The notes under the pieces: generated by a model
The model's input: only the letters and a program-made list of their open reading frames with translations
Told to the model about the DNA's origin: nothing
Database searches by the model: none
Translations under genes and position numbers: made by a program
Part shown: positions 13,012 to 29,272 of the stretch, in pieces
Layout of the letters: the number at the start of each line of letters is the position of its first letter
Position numbering within the stretch: the stretch's first letter is position 1
Assembly: GCA_964016885.1 (NCBI GenBank)
Contig: OZ024745.1
Coordinates: 112,220,001-112,284,000, forward strand
DNA from: Eledone cirrhosa
Lineage: Eukaryota
Length of the DNA: 64,000 nucleotides
Direction: 5' to 3'

Positions 13012-14149
13012 TGTAAACAAACATCCAATTTCATAACTAGCATCATCACCGTCACTCAACCCTCATACACCCCCGCATGAAACTAATCCATCAGAAATGA
13101 CTATAACATATATACAGCTTAACAATCAATTTAAAACTTCAGTTGATATGTTTTTCTATTTTCCTATCATTAGATAACAGAGCACTTTTGATGAGAGTAG
13201 GATAAAAGATATCTCTTGTGTTAAATGTTATTCACGATATCACTAGGGAAAATATGACATGACAATGTATTTGCGGACTGTATTTATATGCTTGTATACA
13301 GCTGCTATCACTTTGTAGTAACCCCTAGGATTTACCTGCACTACGTGTCGTAATGAAAATAAATCTTTCAACGAAATTAAATCTTTCAACACAGGTGGAT
13401 AAGAGAAGCAGAAGAACACATCAATCACTAGCACCGAAGATCAGACATCTAAATCCCATGAAAATATGATAATTAAATAATAAATTCACAGCGCATTTAC
13501 CATATGTTATGAAGCCACCAACTAAAATGTATGGGAATTCCACATACCAACATTTTGAGGGGGAATTAATATCTTCAAAACCCGAATTCAAGAAACTGAA
13601 TGAAAAAAAACAGTAATCATAAGTTTGCTTTGAATCAACCAGCTTAGGGAGGAGAAACACAACATCTTTGTAAAAAGAATCTCATTCTCTGGAATATCCT
13701 AAAGCATTTTGATTTAAAATTTAGACTGAAAAGGATTTCTGTCAGGATACATCACGGAAAATATAATCGTAAAGGAAAGTTGTATCAACATGAAGAGAAA
13801 ACTTATAGGCCTATTGCTTGCCTAAACATTATACAGAAGCTTATTAAATAATTTTCTTCAAGATCATTGCAACTCGAACGAAGTAGGGACTGATGAGCAA
13901 ATAAGTGAAAAAGAGTGTTTGGAAATGGGCCAAAAAACTCTTTATAACTCTTTATAGATCTGTGATGTGTGAAGTAAGAAAAGAGCAAAAAAAACAAAAA
14001 CAAAAAACAAACCTTGCGATGGGATGACTTGTTTAGTGAGAGTCTATTGATTCTATTCCTCTCTCATGGTTACCGAGGCCACTGCCCTTTGGAAGTCCTG
14101 ATCGACCTGCAGCCATTAATAATTTCGCTAAGATCTAGTGAACAATCCT

Positions 14150-14270
14150 CCACACTTATAACAAAATGTAGAACAATTATCCGCAAGGTTATACATATTT
14201 CAAAAGGAATGGTCAAAGGAGACAGTCTGTCTATGTTTCTCTTTATTTTAGCATCAAATCCACTATTATT
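14150..14270 (+). pseudogene. RT fragment of an RLE-type (R4/Dong-like) LINE
   Basis: IHISKGMVKGDSLSMFLFILASNPL resembles RT motif GIFQGDSLSPLLF...NPL. Confidence 0.55.
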
Positions 14271-14297
14271 TTTTTTTTTCAAGTCCACCGGGTACGT

Positions 14298-14580
14298 GGA
14301 GGAGCATGACTTCGTGGTAAGGGTGTTGGACTTACGATAATAATGTCGTGGATTCGATTCCTGGACCGGATTGCGTTGTGTTCTTGAGCAAAACACTTTA
14401 TTTTACGTTGCCCCGGTATACTCAGCTGAAAATGAGTACCAGCGATAGCTGGGGGTTTAACTATGCAATGGACTGGCGTCCTCTCCAGTGGGGGAGGAGT
14501 CTTGTACTCTCGGTCGCTTAATGCCACGGAAGCCGTAATAAGCAACGTCCTGATGAGCTTTCGGGTTCGTGACAGATTTT
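14298..14580 (+). mobile_element. SINE family 2 (tRNA head + tgtccttgagcaagacact core)
   Basis: A-box-like gtggtaag, B-box-like gattcgattcc, core ttcttgagcaaaacactttatttt shared with copies at 15191, 25767 and 59623. Confidence 0.75.
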
Positions 14581-15190
14581 AGACATTTAGAGACCGGGTA
14601 TGTGGTAGGGTCTACAACAACAAGATATACAAATATAGCCAACAATATCTTTGTAGACAATCTATACCGGAAATCTTTACAAGCATGAGAAAAAACAAAA
14701 AACAAAAAAAAAACCCCAAAACCTTTATTTACAGTCCATGACAGTATCGAGGGTACTTTGGAATTTCTCCCACTGACCAATCATTGCCCAGATCCTAAAC
14801 ACCCGGGAAATCGATGGAGCACGCCACAAAGTTCATATTGTGAGTAATTTTTCGCCTTCAATTTTAGGCGTATCATGCAACATCAGAGGCTGTGTTAATT
14901 ATTTTTAACAAGTTACATTAGTAACCTCGATGCTGTCGTAGAATGTTAATTACTATAATTTCAGTTGATATAGGAATGCAATTCCACCAAAGAAATGTTC
15001 CTTTACAATAGTTTATTTTTCTCTTTATTCCATTCCTTTTCCCTTTTCGTGTGTTTGACTTTATTTCTTCTTTATGTGCGTATAAATATATGAAACACAT
15101 TTTAATAGGTACATATAGGAATATTTTATTTATATTCACTTGTATATAGGTATATAAGTATACATATATTTGTAAAATATGAGTGTATGT

Positions 15191-15552
15191 AAAGGTGCAT
15201 GGCTTAGCAGTTAGAGAATTCGGCTTGCAATCGGGAGCTTGTGAGTTGATTCTCGAACCGAGTGATGCATTGTGGCATTGATCATTGAGCAAGTCACTTT
15301 ATTTCACGTTGCTACAGTTCACTCAGCTGTAGAAATGAGTTGCGTCGTCACAGGTACCAAGCTGTATCGGCCACTGCCTTTCCTTTCCTTGGACATCATC
15401 GGTGACGTGGAGAAGGGGAGACCAATACGCAAGGCTGTTGGGTGGAGTGGTGGTATTCCACAAACAACCTTGCCCGGACTTGTACCTCGGAGGGGAACTT
15501 TCTAGGTGCAAATCCCACGGTTATTCGTCACCGAAAGGGGTCTTTACCCTTA
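15191..15552 (+). mobile_element. SINE family 2
   Basis: tggcttagcagttagag...gagttgattc...ttgagcaagtcactttatttcacgttgct. Confidence 0.75.
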
Positions 15553-15574
15553 ACATATAGAATATTTAAATGGC

Positions 15575-15648
15575 CACATCTGTATATTTCTATTAAATGG
15601 CCACATCTGTATATTTCTATTAAATGGCCACATCTGTATATTTCTATT
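15575..15648. repeat. 24-bp tandem repeat x3
   Basis: (taaatggccacatctgtatatttctat) repeated. Confidence 0.9.
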
Positions 15649-15986
15649 TAGTTGTGTATATTCATGACTTGAAAAAAACAAGAAGATCAGGCCTGTAAGA
15701 AGTACCATTGTTTTTTGTTTGTATCAACGACTTTCACCACGTCAGTCAATACAATAGAATATTTACTAAGCACATGATACATACCCCCCCCCCCCCCTTA
15801 TTTTTCTTATTCCGCCCATCTAGCACTCTCTTCATGCCAACTATTTCTTGTCTATACCAAATTACAACCTGTATGTTGGAAATATTTCCATTGGTTTCAG
15901 AAGCCAGTAAACAGTGACTATTGATAACGCACCCGCACCCGCACCCGCACACACTCGCACATCCACACTCATTCACACACAGATAA

Positions 15987-17110
<1,124 letters not shown>

Positions 17111-17410
17111 AGGAGTCAGAATGATCTCTTATGACGCGTGTTATAATCAGCCAGTAAGTTCTAAGCAGTAACTCGACAGTCACAGCCACACTCAACAAAC
17201 GGTAGCATAGCAAATAGTGTGGAGCGCTGATATAGATTACATAAGCTCGGAGGAGAGGGTGGAGGAGAAGGATGAGAGAGAGGAGGAGGGGGATGTGAGG
17301 AAGAAGGATGAGGAAGAGCAGGATTTGAGGGAGGAGGTGGAGGCGGAGGATGTGAGAGGAAGAGTAGGATGAAGCGAAGGGGTTTGGGGGTTGGTGTGGG
17401 GGTGGACAAG

Positions 17411-17610
17411 NNNNNNNNNNNNNNNNNNNNNNNNNNNNNNNNNNNNNNNNNNNNNNNNNNNNNNNNNNNNNNNNNNNNNNNNNNNNNNNNNNNNNNNNNN
17501 NNNNNNNNNNNNNNNNNNNNNNNNNNNNNNNNNNNNNNNNNNNNNNNNNNNNNNNNNNNNNNNNNNNNNNNNNNNNNNNNNNNNNNNNNNNNNNNNNNNN
17601 NNNNNNNNNN
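17411..17610. other. Assembly gap (200 N)
   Basis: Run of N. Confidence 1.
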
Positions 17611-17785
17611 ACCACTACCACCACCACCACCAACACCACCACCACCACCACCACCACCACTATAAATACTGATGAGGAAGGGAGAGCAAGATACTGATGA
17701 AGAGGAAAAGAAGTATGATGACACCGAAACCGAACGATAGAGGTGATTAGGAGAATGGTAAGGACGACAAGGAAGAGGAAGATAT

Positions 17786-17970
17786 AACTGTTTCTACTTT
17801 AGGCACAAGGCCAGAAATTACCCAGTACATTACTGGTACTTTATTTTATCGACCCCGTAAGGACGAAAGGCAAAGTCAACCTCGGCGGGATTTGAACTCA
17901 GAATGGCAAGGGCCGTAACTCTATGTGTCAAAGCATGGCGTCCGACTGTCTACCGATACTGCCAGTCCAC
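17786..17970 (-). mobile_element. SINE family 1
   Basis: Full-length reverse copy; TSD-like gaggaagata on both sides. Confidence 0.9.
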
Positions 17971-18284
17971 CAGAGGAAGATAGAATGATGATGATGGGGA
18001 TGATGATGATGATGATGATGATTGTGTAACAGCTGCTGCTGCTGCTGATGATGATGTGTATAATGATGATGATTGTGTGTGGGATGAAGGTAAAGAGGAG
18101 GAGTAGAAAGGGGAGGAGGATGAGGTGGGCGTTGATGACAATGATGATAATGGTAGTGATGATGATGGCGGTGATGGGGATGAGGATGACTACGTTGATG
18201 ATGGTGATGATGATGATAAGCAAATAAAATAAGGTAATCAAAACGATTATTTACTAAAGCATGACAATTCATTGGCAAGATAAA

Positions 18285-18370
18285 TGGTGGTGGTGGTGGT
18301 GGTGGTGGTGGTGGTGGTGTGGTTGTAGTGGTGGTGGTGGTGGTGTAGGTGGTGGTGGTGGTGGTGGTGG

Positions 18371-18401
<31 letters not shown>

Positions 18402-18755
18402 GTGTGGTGGTGATGGTGGTGGTGTGTGGTGGTGGTGGTGGTGGTGGTGGTGGTTGTAGTGGTGGTGGTGGTTGTAGTGGTGGTGGTGGTGGTGGTGGTG
18501 GTGATGGTGGTGGTGGTGGTGGTGGTGATGGTGGTGGTGTGGTGGTGGTGGTGGTTGTAGTGGTGGTGGTGGTGGTGATGTTGGTGCTGGTTGTAGTGGT
18601 GGTGGTGGTGGTTGTAGTGGTGATGGTGGTGGTGTGGTGGTGGTGGTGGTTGTGTAGTGGTGGTGGTGGTGGTGATGTTGGTGCTGGTTGTAGTGGTGGT
18701 GGTGGTGGTTGTAGTGGTGATGGTGGTGGCGGTTGTAGTGGTGGTGGTGGTAGTG
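18285..18755. repeat. (GGT)n compound repeat
   Basis: Direct inspection. Confidence 0.95.
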
Positions 18756-19265
18756 CAAACGGAACCACACCATTCCAAGAATTAATACTGAGTTTTAGAC
18801 TCAGTTAACCCCCCAAACACTCCCAGTCTCTTGCAGATTACAACATATAGACTGAATTCTTTTATCAATTAATCAATAAGAGTAATTTTTACAGCTTTCG
18901 GGATTAATGGAAAGAAAGGAAGAAGTTATCCTTAAACCAAAGACCTGACCTGAATACTTATAATGGAGTGGGTTCTGTGAAAGAATACCAAGAACACTGG
19001 AGGTGGGTGTTAAATCGAGATTAAGTCTCCTTATTCTCCTTCATACCCGTAACTCCCGGTGGAGCCATTGGGGTACCGTAGAGACATACAGCGTTTATTG
19101 GGCATTTTAAAACCTGGCAGAAACCATCTTCTCACCAGTTGAATTCTTCCAGAGAAGGATAGAGGATGAGAAAGAGAAAGAGAAAGTGAGAAACACGTGC
19201 ATCAATCTAAAATTGAAATACCCTGATGAAATCAGAGCCTTCTGAGGGTCTATACACAAAAAGAT

Positions 19266-19449
19266 ATACATCGATATTCTTGTGGAAGAGCTCACAATTA
19301 ACAGGGACAACAGATCAACCGTCCTTCCTATACATGGATCAACTGCCCTTCTCACTTATACATCGATATTCTTGTGGAAGAGCTCACAATTAACAGGGAA
19401 AACAGATCAACCGTCCTTCCTATACATGGATCAACTGCCATTCTCACTT
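19266..19449. repeat. ~92-bp tandem duplication
   Basis: tatacatcgatattcttgtggaagagctc...ttctcact x2. Confidence 0.9.
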
Positions 19450-19499
19450 TTCTTTCTCATCGTCAAACATGACCTTACTCAGGATGGGCAGTGTAAATG

Positions 19500-20430
19500 C
19501 TCGTTGTCTGGAGTCGTCATGGAAGTAGGGCCATCTGCCCAACGACCTCAGGTCACAGAACATAGATATGGTGGCCATCAGCGAGACCAGAATTTCCGAA
19601 TCAGGAGCCTTCACATCCATTTTCGGCGGCTACAAGGTGTACGCATCTCCAAACCGTCCGAGATTGGGGGTTCAGTCGCTGTGTTGTTTCAGAAAAGCTT
19701 GGATCTCACGATACGGATCATCTTTCTGGACACAGATGGTAAGTTGCTGGTGCTGGACGCGACCAGCTGTGAAGGACATGCCTTTAAGCTAGTGACCGTA
19801 TATGCTGCAACAGGGACAAGACGATCTGGAGACCCTTTCAGGAACGTTCCGATCGTTGGTAACTCCACTTTGGCACTCTATAGAGCTTTAGAGGCGGGTA
19901 AAAGTTGCGCCGTTCTGGGAGTCAACGAAAATCAATTAGTCACTCTTTTCCAGAGGACGCTTGGCCCATGGCTCATGGATTACTTCCAGAACTCCCTGGC
20001 CTGGCGGTTCAAGATATACTTTATAGGCATAGAACTATTGTCAGCTGGGCCTGTCCAAGATGTGTGCAGGCGACGAAATCACACTGCATTCACTCCTTTA
20101 GTGTCCGAGCATTGCTGACGTGGATTTATGTCGAACATCTGTTATCATACGTAGAACAGATCCAGCTATCAGCTGAGGCTAAAGTTAAGATCGTATCGCC
20201 ACTTTCCTTTAGCCAAGAAAGTATGGGCCTCTGAATTGGAGGAGCACAACTGGAAGGGGGTGCTTGCCCTAGAGGTCAGTGTGATTGTAGCCTTTTGAGG
20301 GTTTATCTATGAGTGACCCTCGGAGTTTTCCCTCTCCCCCTATCGGAGAAGTTTTTTCCGTTTGTTGTTTTTCTATTACCACCTTTTTGACATGCAAAAA
20401 CCCTCTTTATATCGTCCTGTGCATTCTTGT
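19500..20430 (+). mobile_element. Internally deleted L1/Tx1-clade LINE
   Basis: APE endonuclease-like GGSVAVLF...DTDGKLLVLD...FKLVTVYA fused to C-terminal FQNSLAWR...CPRC; the same C-terminal region occurs at 31000-31450 (minus). Confidence 0.7.
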
Positions 20431-20436
20431 GTCGTC

Positions 20437-21092
20437 GATTGGCAGTATCGGTAGAGGGTCGGACGCCATGCTTTGACGCATAGAGTTATGGCCCTTGCCA
20501 TTCTGAGTTCAAATCCCGCCGAGGTTAACTTTGCCTTTCATCCTTACGGGGGTCGATAAAATAAAGTACCAGTAATGTACTGGGTAATTGCAGGCCTTGT
20601 GCCAAAAGTAGAAACAATTATTACTTTCTTGATGTCAGCCCTGTGTGGCTAATAAAGGAACCATTATTATTATTATTTGACGCATAGAGTTATGGCCCTT
20701 GCCATTCTGAGTTCAAATCCAGCCGAGATTGACTTTGCCTTTCATCCTTACCGGGTCGATAAAATAAAGTACCAGTAATACACTGGGGATCGATTTAATC
20801 GACTTTCCCCTCCCCCAAATTGCTGGCCTTGTGCCTATAGTAGAAATAATAATAATAATAATATTGATAATAATAATGATTTCTAGTATGGGCACAAGGC
20901 CAGTAATTTGGGGGGAGGGGAAAGTCGATTAAATCGACCCCAGTACGTTACTGGTACTTTATTTTATCGACCCCGTAAGGATGAAAGGCAAAGTTAACCT
21001 CGGCGGGATTTGAACTCAGACCACAAAGGGCCGTAACTCTTTGCTGCAAAGCATGGCGTTCGACCCTCTACCGACACTGCCAATCCACCGCC
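20437..21092. mobile_element. Cluster of three SINE family 1 copies (20437-20622 +, 20677-20845 +, 20880-21092 -)
   Basis: Each matches the SINE consensus; nested in (ATT)n. Confidence 0.9.
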
Positions 21093-21095
21093 CTG

Positions 21096-21127
<32 letters not shown>

Positions 21128-21161
21128 TATAATAATGATCAATGACTGAGACTCAAAGAAC

Positions 21162-21192
<31 letters not shown>

Positions 21193-23119
21193 TAATAATG
21201 ATTTCTTTATTAACTAAATTTGGCTATTCAGATTGACAATGTTTCCCACCCCTGGTTTATTTTGTATTAATCAAGTAGAATGATTAAGTAGCAATTTCTC
21301 TTGCATTGTCTGGATTCAGTAGTTATGCAGCAGCTCCTATATTGGATCATATCGTATTAATGAGGTTCAGTGACTATGTATCAGATCTTGTGTTGGATCA
21401 TGTTATATTGTCATGCTTCATTGATTACGTATAATTTCCTTTGTGGGATCATGTTACATTGATCTGCTTGCGGGATTACAAAGAAACTCCCTAGGATTAG
21501 ATTTCATTGTTAAAGTTATGCAACTAAGTAGAAACAAGTCGAATCAGTTAAACTATAAAATGAAAATTAAGTATATCATAAGAAAAATACATGTGGCGAA
21601 CGCACATCCTGGACATAGGCAAAACTGCATCGTAAAGATTAGCTTGTTTCTGCAAAACCAAAAAATATTCCTCTTAACAACTACTATCTATTTATAAATA
21701 TCATGATGTACCCAGAATGGAGAATTGCTTTCACACTTAGAAGAATGTTATTATTACGCATATAAATATTCTAGACCGCATTCAAAGAAAATCCGCTCAG
21801 TTCATACACATGAAATTGCTCACAAAATTACCCTTATGTCAAGGCCTCACATGCACTCCCAGCTCATTCGTTTTTCCTTCTCTTGTCACTCACATTGAGT
21901 CCACTGTTAGACCACTCATTGACATTATACTCTGTCATTACACTCAGAACGTCTGCTCTCTGTAATTCTCTCCCTCTAAATTCGAGAGTCGACTTTCAAG
22001 GGGACATTAACCGTAGCCATCTCGCTTTTTTAGAAAAGTATGCGAAAGACACTCGCACTTTCCTTTCCTTCAGACTTATCAACCTTTTCATAACAGATAT
22101 AGCACATATATGTAAACAAATATTAGATAAATTAATACCAATTGTATAGAAGACTGTAGGACTTAGTTTGTGAGGTAATACTGATGAGGTGATTACTTAG
22201 TTTGTCAGACTGAAAAACGTGAAATGAACTAAATGTTTTCAATTTGCTACCAGTAGTTATTCTGCTTCTACTTCGCCTATCCTATTAAAGTTCTTATCCA
22301 AACTAGAAAGTTTACTAGTTTAACTAAGCAGGAAATTGATAACATCCTTGAAGTCTGACGGACTGTCGTTGAGTTTGGTGGGGTTTTTTTTTTATTGGTA
22401 TAAGAAAAAGAATTTCTAAACTTTCAGCAAATGAAGAAATATTTAATCTGAATACCGAGTATTATAACGAGGCATTAGCTAGGTAGGCTATAATGATAGA
22501 ATAACATATCTTCACGAGGCAATTCAAAGTCAAAATTTCATACTCCAAAACACCTAATTTTGCTGACAATATAGCTTTTAGTAACTATAAGAAAATGAAA
22601 TTATTTTCCCAATAAATCTAATAAATGTGATTGCAAGTTTATATTAAAAAATCCCTTAGATGACTTAAATATAGCAACGAAAGCATTAAAAAGTAGATTC
22701 CAATATTGGAAATATTGAAGCTCTCATCTTCCCTAACATATCTACCTAACATGACAACCTAGAATCTAGAATAACTAAAAAAATAGTAGATAAGCTAGCA
22801 TTGAGTGTAATTGTAGAATCTATGAGAATTGCCCTTTTAAAGGACATTGTCTAAGGGAGAATGTAGGCATAAGTGTAAAGTTACCATGTTTTATTTAGAA
22901 GCAATATCAAATTCGTTAAAGAAACAGTACTAAACACATTTAAATTTTTATAGAAATAGAAGTAGAAAAGCACATTACACAACTCGTACAAATTGTATTT
23001 TAAAGGAGAATATAATTTAAGTTGATCGATTATTAATACAGGTAATCCTTCAAAGGGGATGGGTTTGAATGCAATCGTTGGTCTATTGAAACTCTTGAAA
23101 TAGAAATGTCTAATAAACT

Positions 23120-23930
23120 GTGCATCTCCCACAACTATCTCAGCTTTAGCAATTCTTGCATTTAATTCAGCCTCCGGCCTTCCATTACTTGTGAAAACTG
23201 CCCCAAGATACTTTAATTTCTTCGTCTGATTCAGTGTAACACCACTCATATACAAAGCGCATTGCACAGAAGTTTTCGAGGGATGAATGTCTTAGTCTTT
23301 GTAACTGATCTTCTTTCTTGCTGTGCAGCACTCGGCAGCAAATCTATCCAGTGCCTGTCGGAGATCCTCTTCTGGCGACTGAAATCGTACTATGTCGTCT
23401 GTAAATATCAATCGTCTGGTCCTACACCCACCGGTTTTGATGCTACTTCCAAACCGGCTGCGCTTATCAACCCTGTTCATAAAGATTATGAACAGGAGAC
23501 ATAACAATACTCACCCTCGGTGAAGTCCAACACCCACACTGAATAGTATCGACGTAGCACCATTTATCTGAACACACATATTAGGGCATTCATATAGGGA
23601 TTTCAAGGCAGTAAGAAACTGTCTGTCGATCTCATACACCTGCAGAACCTTCCATAATAGGTCCCATTGAACGCGGTCGTATTCCTTTTCGAGGTTCACG
23701 AAAAAAACATAAACCTATTTGCAATACTCCTACCATTTCTCAAAGACCTACTGGAGAGTGAATATGTAGTTGGTTGTGTTGCATCTGGGGCGAAAACCAT
23801 ACTGTTCGTCAACTAGCTTGAGCTCGACAATATCCCTACATCTCTTTGACAGACACTTAACATAGACTTTACCAGGAAGACTTAATAAGGTGTTTCCCCT
23901 ATAATCAGTGCAAGCTTGTCTCCCTTTTTA
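23120..23930 (-). pseudogene. Decayed RT of an RTE-clade LINE
   Basis: NLEKEYDRV..LWKVL..Y, FSVGVGLHRG, LFIIFM, IFTDDIV, RFAAEC, KYLGAVFTSNG...RIAKA spread over frameshifted ORFs. Confidence 0.85.
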
Positions 23931-24474
23931 AAAATTGAGTTTATGTGATCCTACATAGATAACAAAATTCTCCCATTTTAGAGAATCATAATTATTTAGA
24001 TTCCCTATAATTAATACATCTCATCTTATAAATAAATGTTGAATAAAACATTTTTGCCCTGAAACTATAAACAAGTAATAATTCTAGAACTATAGAATTT
24101 TATACTCTTGATTAACATAATTAAGTTAATTTTTTTTCAAATTAACTGTAATAATGCTTAATTATTATTTGTTAACAATAATTTATTATTATTTTATTAT
24201 GTTTTTTATCTTCGATATTCCTGTAATTTTTAATTGAGTTTATATTAATTAATAGTCTTGATTAACGTAATAATTAAACTTTCTGTGTCTTAACCAGGTT
24301 TATACATGATAATAATTCTACTAACACGCTCTTACATTGTGAATATTTACACTCAATAATGTTGGAGTTATATAATTGTTATAATTTCATTGCGTCATAT
24401 AGTGTGTTTCATTTATATTTATTTCCGATTACACAAAAATTAATTATTAAATATTTGAGTCATAAATCAGATTA

Positions 24475-24592
24475 TATCAGGTCATTAAGTATGAAATGTC
24501 CAATTTTGAATTGAAAGTTTTGTTTATTTTATCTAAAAAAACAACAACAAAAAAGCAGTGCAACCGGACATTTCATACTTAATGACCTAATA
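24475..24592. mobile_element. Tc1/mariner-type MITE
   Basis: TIR aggtcattaagtatgaaatgtcc / ggacatttcatacttaatgacct, TA flanks. Confidence 0.75.
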
Positions 24593-24929
24593 ATATATAC
24601 AAATATAATATATACAAATATTAATTTCATAAATTTGTCAATGGATCTTAAACAAGATCTTTGTTTGTTTCTCTTTTTTATTTTCTAAAACATATACCTG
24701 GAATAAAATGAGTTCATTTCCTCTTTGCTAATTATTGCATTATTGGTTTTTATGGTCTGTGTCCTATATTCATAGAGCTTGTTGAATTTGTTTCCTCGCG
24801 AACTAATATTTAATCAAATTTATGGAGTATACCACTGATAAGATGATTCATCTTATTTACTGATTGTGGATTTATACTGAGCGCGAAATATCATTGGCGT
24901 AGCTCTTTATTTACCTTGAGTATATACTG

Positions 24930-25281
<352 letters not shown>

Positions 25282-25408
25282 ATATATATATATATATATA
25301 TATTATAAAGAGTCAGGGTTCAGCTCGTACCGTTTCAACAGCTAGCTCTATACTCTACCAACTCAAGTATCAAGTACTCTGTTGCTCTAACCATCCCGAT
25401 TTATATAA

Positions 25409-25740
<332 letters not shown>

Positions 25741-25766
25741 TATATATATATATTTATATATATATA

Positions 25767-25940
25767 GGTTGTGAGTTCAATTCCTGGACCGGGCGATGCG
25801 TTATGTCCTTGAGCAAGACACTTTATTTCACGTTGCTCCTTCTACCTGGAGTTGCGACCGATAGATAGTATTAGCAATTGGAAAGACCAACGGAAACATT
25901 GTTTCCTCGGTCCGATTTGACGAAAGTCGATCGTAAAGGG
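25767..25940 (+). mobile_element. SINE family 2, 5'-truncated
   Basis: Near-identical to 59670-59840. Confidence 0.8.
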
Positions 25941-27140
25941 ATATATATATACACCCACATACATGTATTTAAAAGTAATAACAAAAATAACAAAACAAAC
26001 GACACAGTACATGGAAGAAATATATTAGTTTAACGCTTGAAGTAGCAGGTAGAGAGTCTTAACGTTTCGGACACTAGTCTTTCATTAGAATATAGAGTTG
26101 GAAATAGAAGATAAACAGAAAGTAAAGAGGGAAGAGAAGAAGGAACGGGGAAAATGAGAAAAAAATTAGAGAGGAATAAAAGCACATGTGTGTATTCAGT
26201 CGTGTGGAATGGATCGAAGTTATTACTGCACAAAAGCAACACGAATCGATATATCAGAGGTTGCCCGATCAGCACTCAATGATATATTAAACTGGTTCGT
26301 TGTCTCGGGTTGGCAGCTAGAAATTCAATTTTGAAATGGCTGTCAATGGTTGGCGTAGGCAACTTCGAACAATCATAACAACTTCTATTTTAAATTAATT
26401 TTAATTAAATTAAATTTCTGGGTTGTCTCCCCTACCTTTCTTCACCAGAATTAAGATAAACATTCATTCTCCTTACTACGGTTGTAAATACTGACCTCAA
26501 CGCCGCCAGGTTTGCTTGATTAAAAGAGAAAATAACCACGCAACAATAATTAAACCAAAGAAGGAGTATGTAGGAAGGAGGTCATCCTCTCTGCATGAAT
26601 TAGCAAGCAAATCGTCCGCAAACCACGTTCTCCCATCTTAAATAAGGATGGATAGATTGAACAATGTGATCTTGAGGGTGGGGAGGTATAAAACGAGACG
26701 TGAATACCTTTGATCACAAGTCTGTGGAAAACAATAACAACAACAAAAACATGATCACCAGCATCACCGTCATCATTACTTCAACCTTATACTAACCCCC
26801 AACCCATCACCCAACCTTAGGTCACCCCTCTGGCACCTACGAAGCTTTCAAGTAGTCTCCATATTCTCAATGGTTCTTTGTTCATTTTCTCATACATGTC
26901 ACTCGTGAGACATAAAACCCTCCCACCCAGCCAAACACACACACAGATGCACCTATATACCCAACACACTGTTGTGTAGTCACATGCCTACCCGTCACAC
27001 GAATCACCAGTCCAAGAGGACAGCACGCACATAAACTACATACCAAAGTGAATCTGAGTGTGTGTGTAAGCATGTATATGCGTGTGTATATATGTATACA
27101 TGTATACTTGTACATTTATATACACACATAGGCGCACACA

Positions 27141-27178
<38 letters not shown>

Positions 27179-27222
27179 GACAGACACATATATATATCTA
27201 TGTATAAATATATAAATATGTA

Positions 27223-27326
<104 letters not shown>

Positions 27327-27388
27327 TACATATATATCTATATATATCTATATATATTTATATATATATATATATATATGTATAAATG

Positions 27389-27490
<102 letters not shown>

Positions 27491-27491
27491 A

Positions 27492-27540
<49 letters not shown>

Positions 27541-27563
27541 TATATATATACATACATATATAC

Positions 27564-27596
<33 letters not shown>

Positions 27597-27600
27597 TATA

Positions 27601-27699
<99 letters not shown>

Positions 27700-27882
27700 A
27701 GAGGGAGAGAGAGAGACAGAGACAGAGGGAGGGAGAGAGACAGAGACAGAGGGAGGGAGAGAGAGAGAGAAAGCGGAGTTAGATAGATAGATATTACGAC
27801 CACAAGATCAAACTTTGCCAGACTCTAGCCAACATATTAGTTATTCACCAGCGGTTCCTTCACCACCGTCACTATTTCAAAC

Positions 27883-27915
27883 ATGGCGGCAAGCACAGAA
27901 AGCTTGCTTGTTCAG
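27883..27915 (+). other. Possible first coding exon (MAASTESLLVQ)
   Basis: caaacATGGCGGC start context, 11 codons, then CAG|GTTAAAT donor-like site in unique DNA; no downstream exons identified. Confidence 0.25.
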
Positions 27916-28180
27916 GTTAAATAAATACTCCCTTCCCCAGCCGTAATCTACAAGGTACTTTAATACCTACGATTGGATTATATTAATCATACAGCCTACA
28001 CAGATTAACTATATCTGCCGGGCTTTGCTTGCATCTTATTCTTCTGTCTTGATAATGCCGTTTCTTACTTTCTTTCGTCTGATGTATACTTGTAGATATT
28101 CTTTCCCTTAAATCTTTCTTAGTTTTCTTCTTCCTTTCTTTCTCTCTCTCTCTCTTTCTCTCTCTCTCTTTCTCTCTCTC

Positions 28181-28247
<67 letters not shown>

Positions 28248-28254
28248 GTTAATC

Positions 28255-28392
<138 letters not shown>

Positions 28393-29000
28393 AGTCTGTA
28401 TGTCAGTCTATTCATCCGTCACTTTCTCAGCCATTTTCTTTCCCACTCTTTCTCCTTCTAAAGACGTAACACACACACACACAAACAAACAAACAAACAA
28501 GCACACACTCATACACACACACGCACACACACGCACACACACACAAACACACACACAAACATACAAGCACACACTCATACACACACGCACACACACGCGC
28601 GCACACACACACACATATATATATGTGACTGTGAGCATAAAGAGAAAGATAGACAGAGGGAGTGTGAGAGAGTGAATGAGAACAAGAGAGAGCGAGAGAG
28701 AGAGCGAGAAGAGAGAGAAGAGAGAGAGAGCGAGGAGAGAGAGAGAGAGAAATACACACGCACAAACAAACACACTCACACATACATACACATACACACA
28801 TATACATACATATTGACACATCTATTTACCTAACGTACTTGTTAGATGTAAACTTTCTCCCACAGGCATAAATTTTCTTCTAACATTCCATCACGAATAT
28901 ATTGCTGTCATGTATAGCATTTCCAAACATCGTAAATTTGTGCACACACACACACGCATACACACATACACACTCACGCATGCACACACTCACGCGTGCG

Positions 29001-29040
<40 letters not shown>

Positions 29041-29154
29041 TACACACACACGCATACACACATACACGCATGCACACACTCAGACGTGCGCATTTATATC
29101 TATATCTATATCTATCTATCTATCTATATATATAATATATATATATATTATATA

Positions 29155-29245
<91 letters not shown>

Positions 29246-29272
29246 ATTATATATATATATATATTATATATA

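Noticed and set aside
14549-14575. CTGATGA-GC..GTTC motif as a hammerhead
   Set aside because: Followed by GTGA instead of GAAA, no stems I or III, and lies in a SINE tail
17369-17724. ORFs spanning X residues
   Set aside because: Artefact of the N gap
19282-20118. 278-aa ORF as a host gene
   Set aside because: Chimera of a tandem duplication and L1/Tx1 fragments
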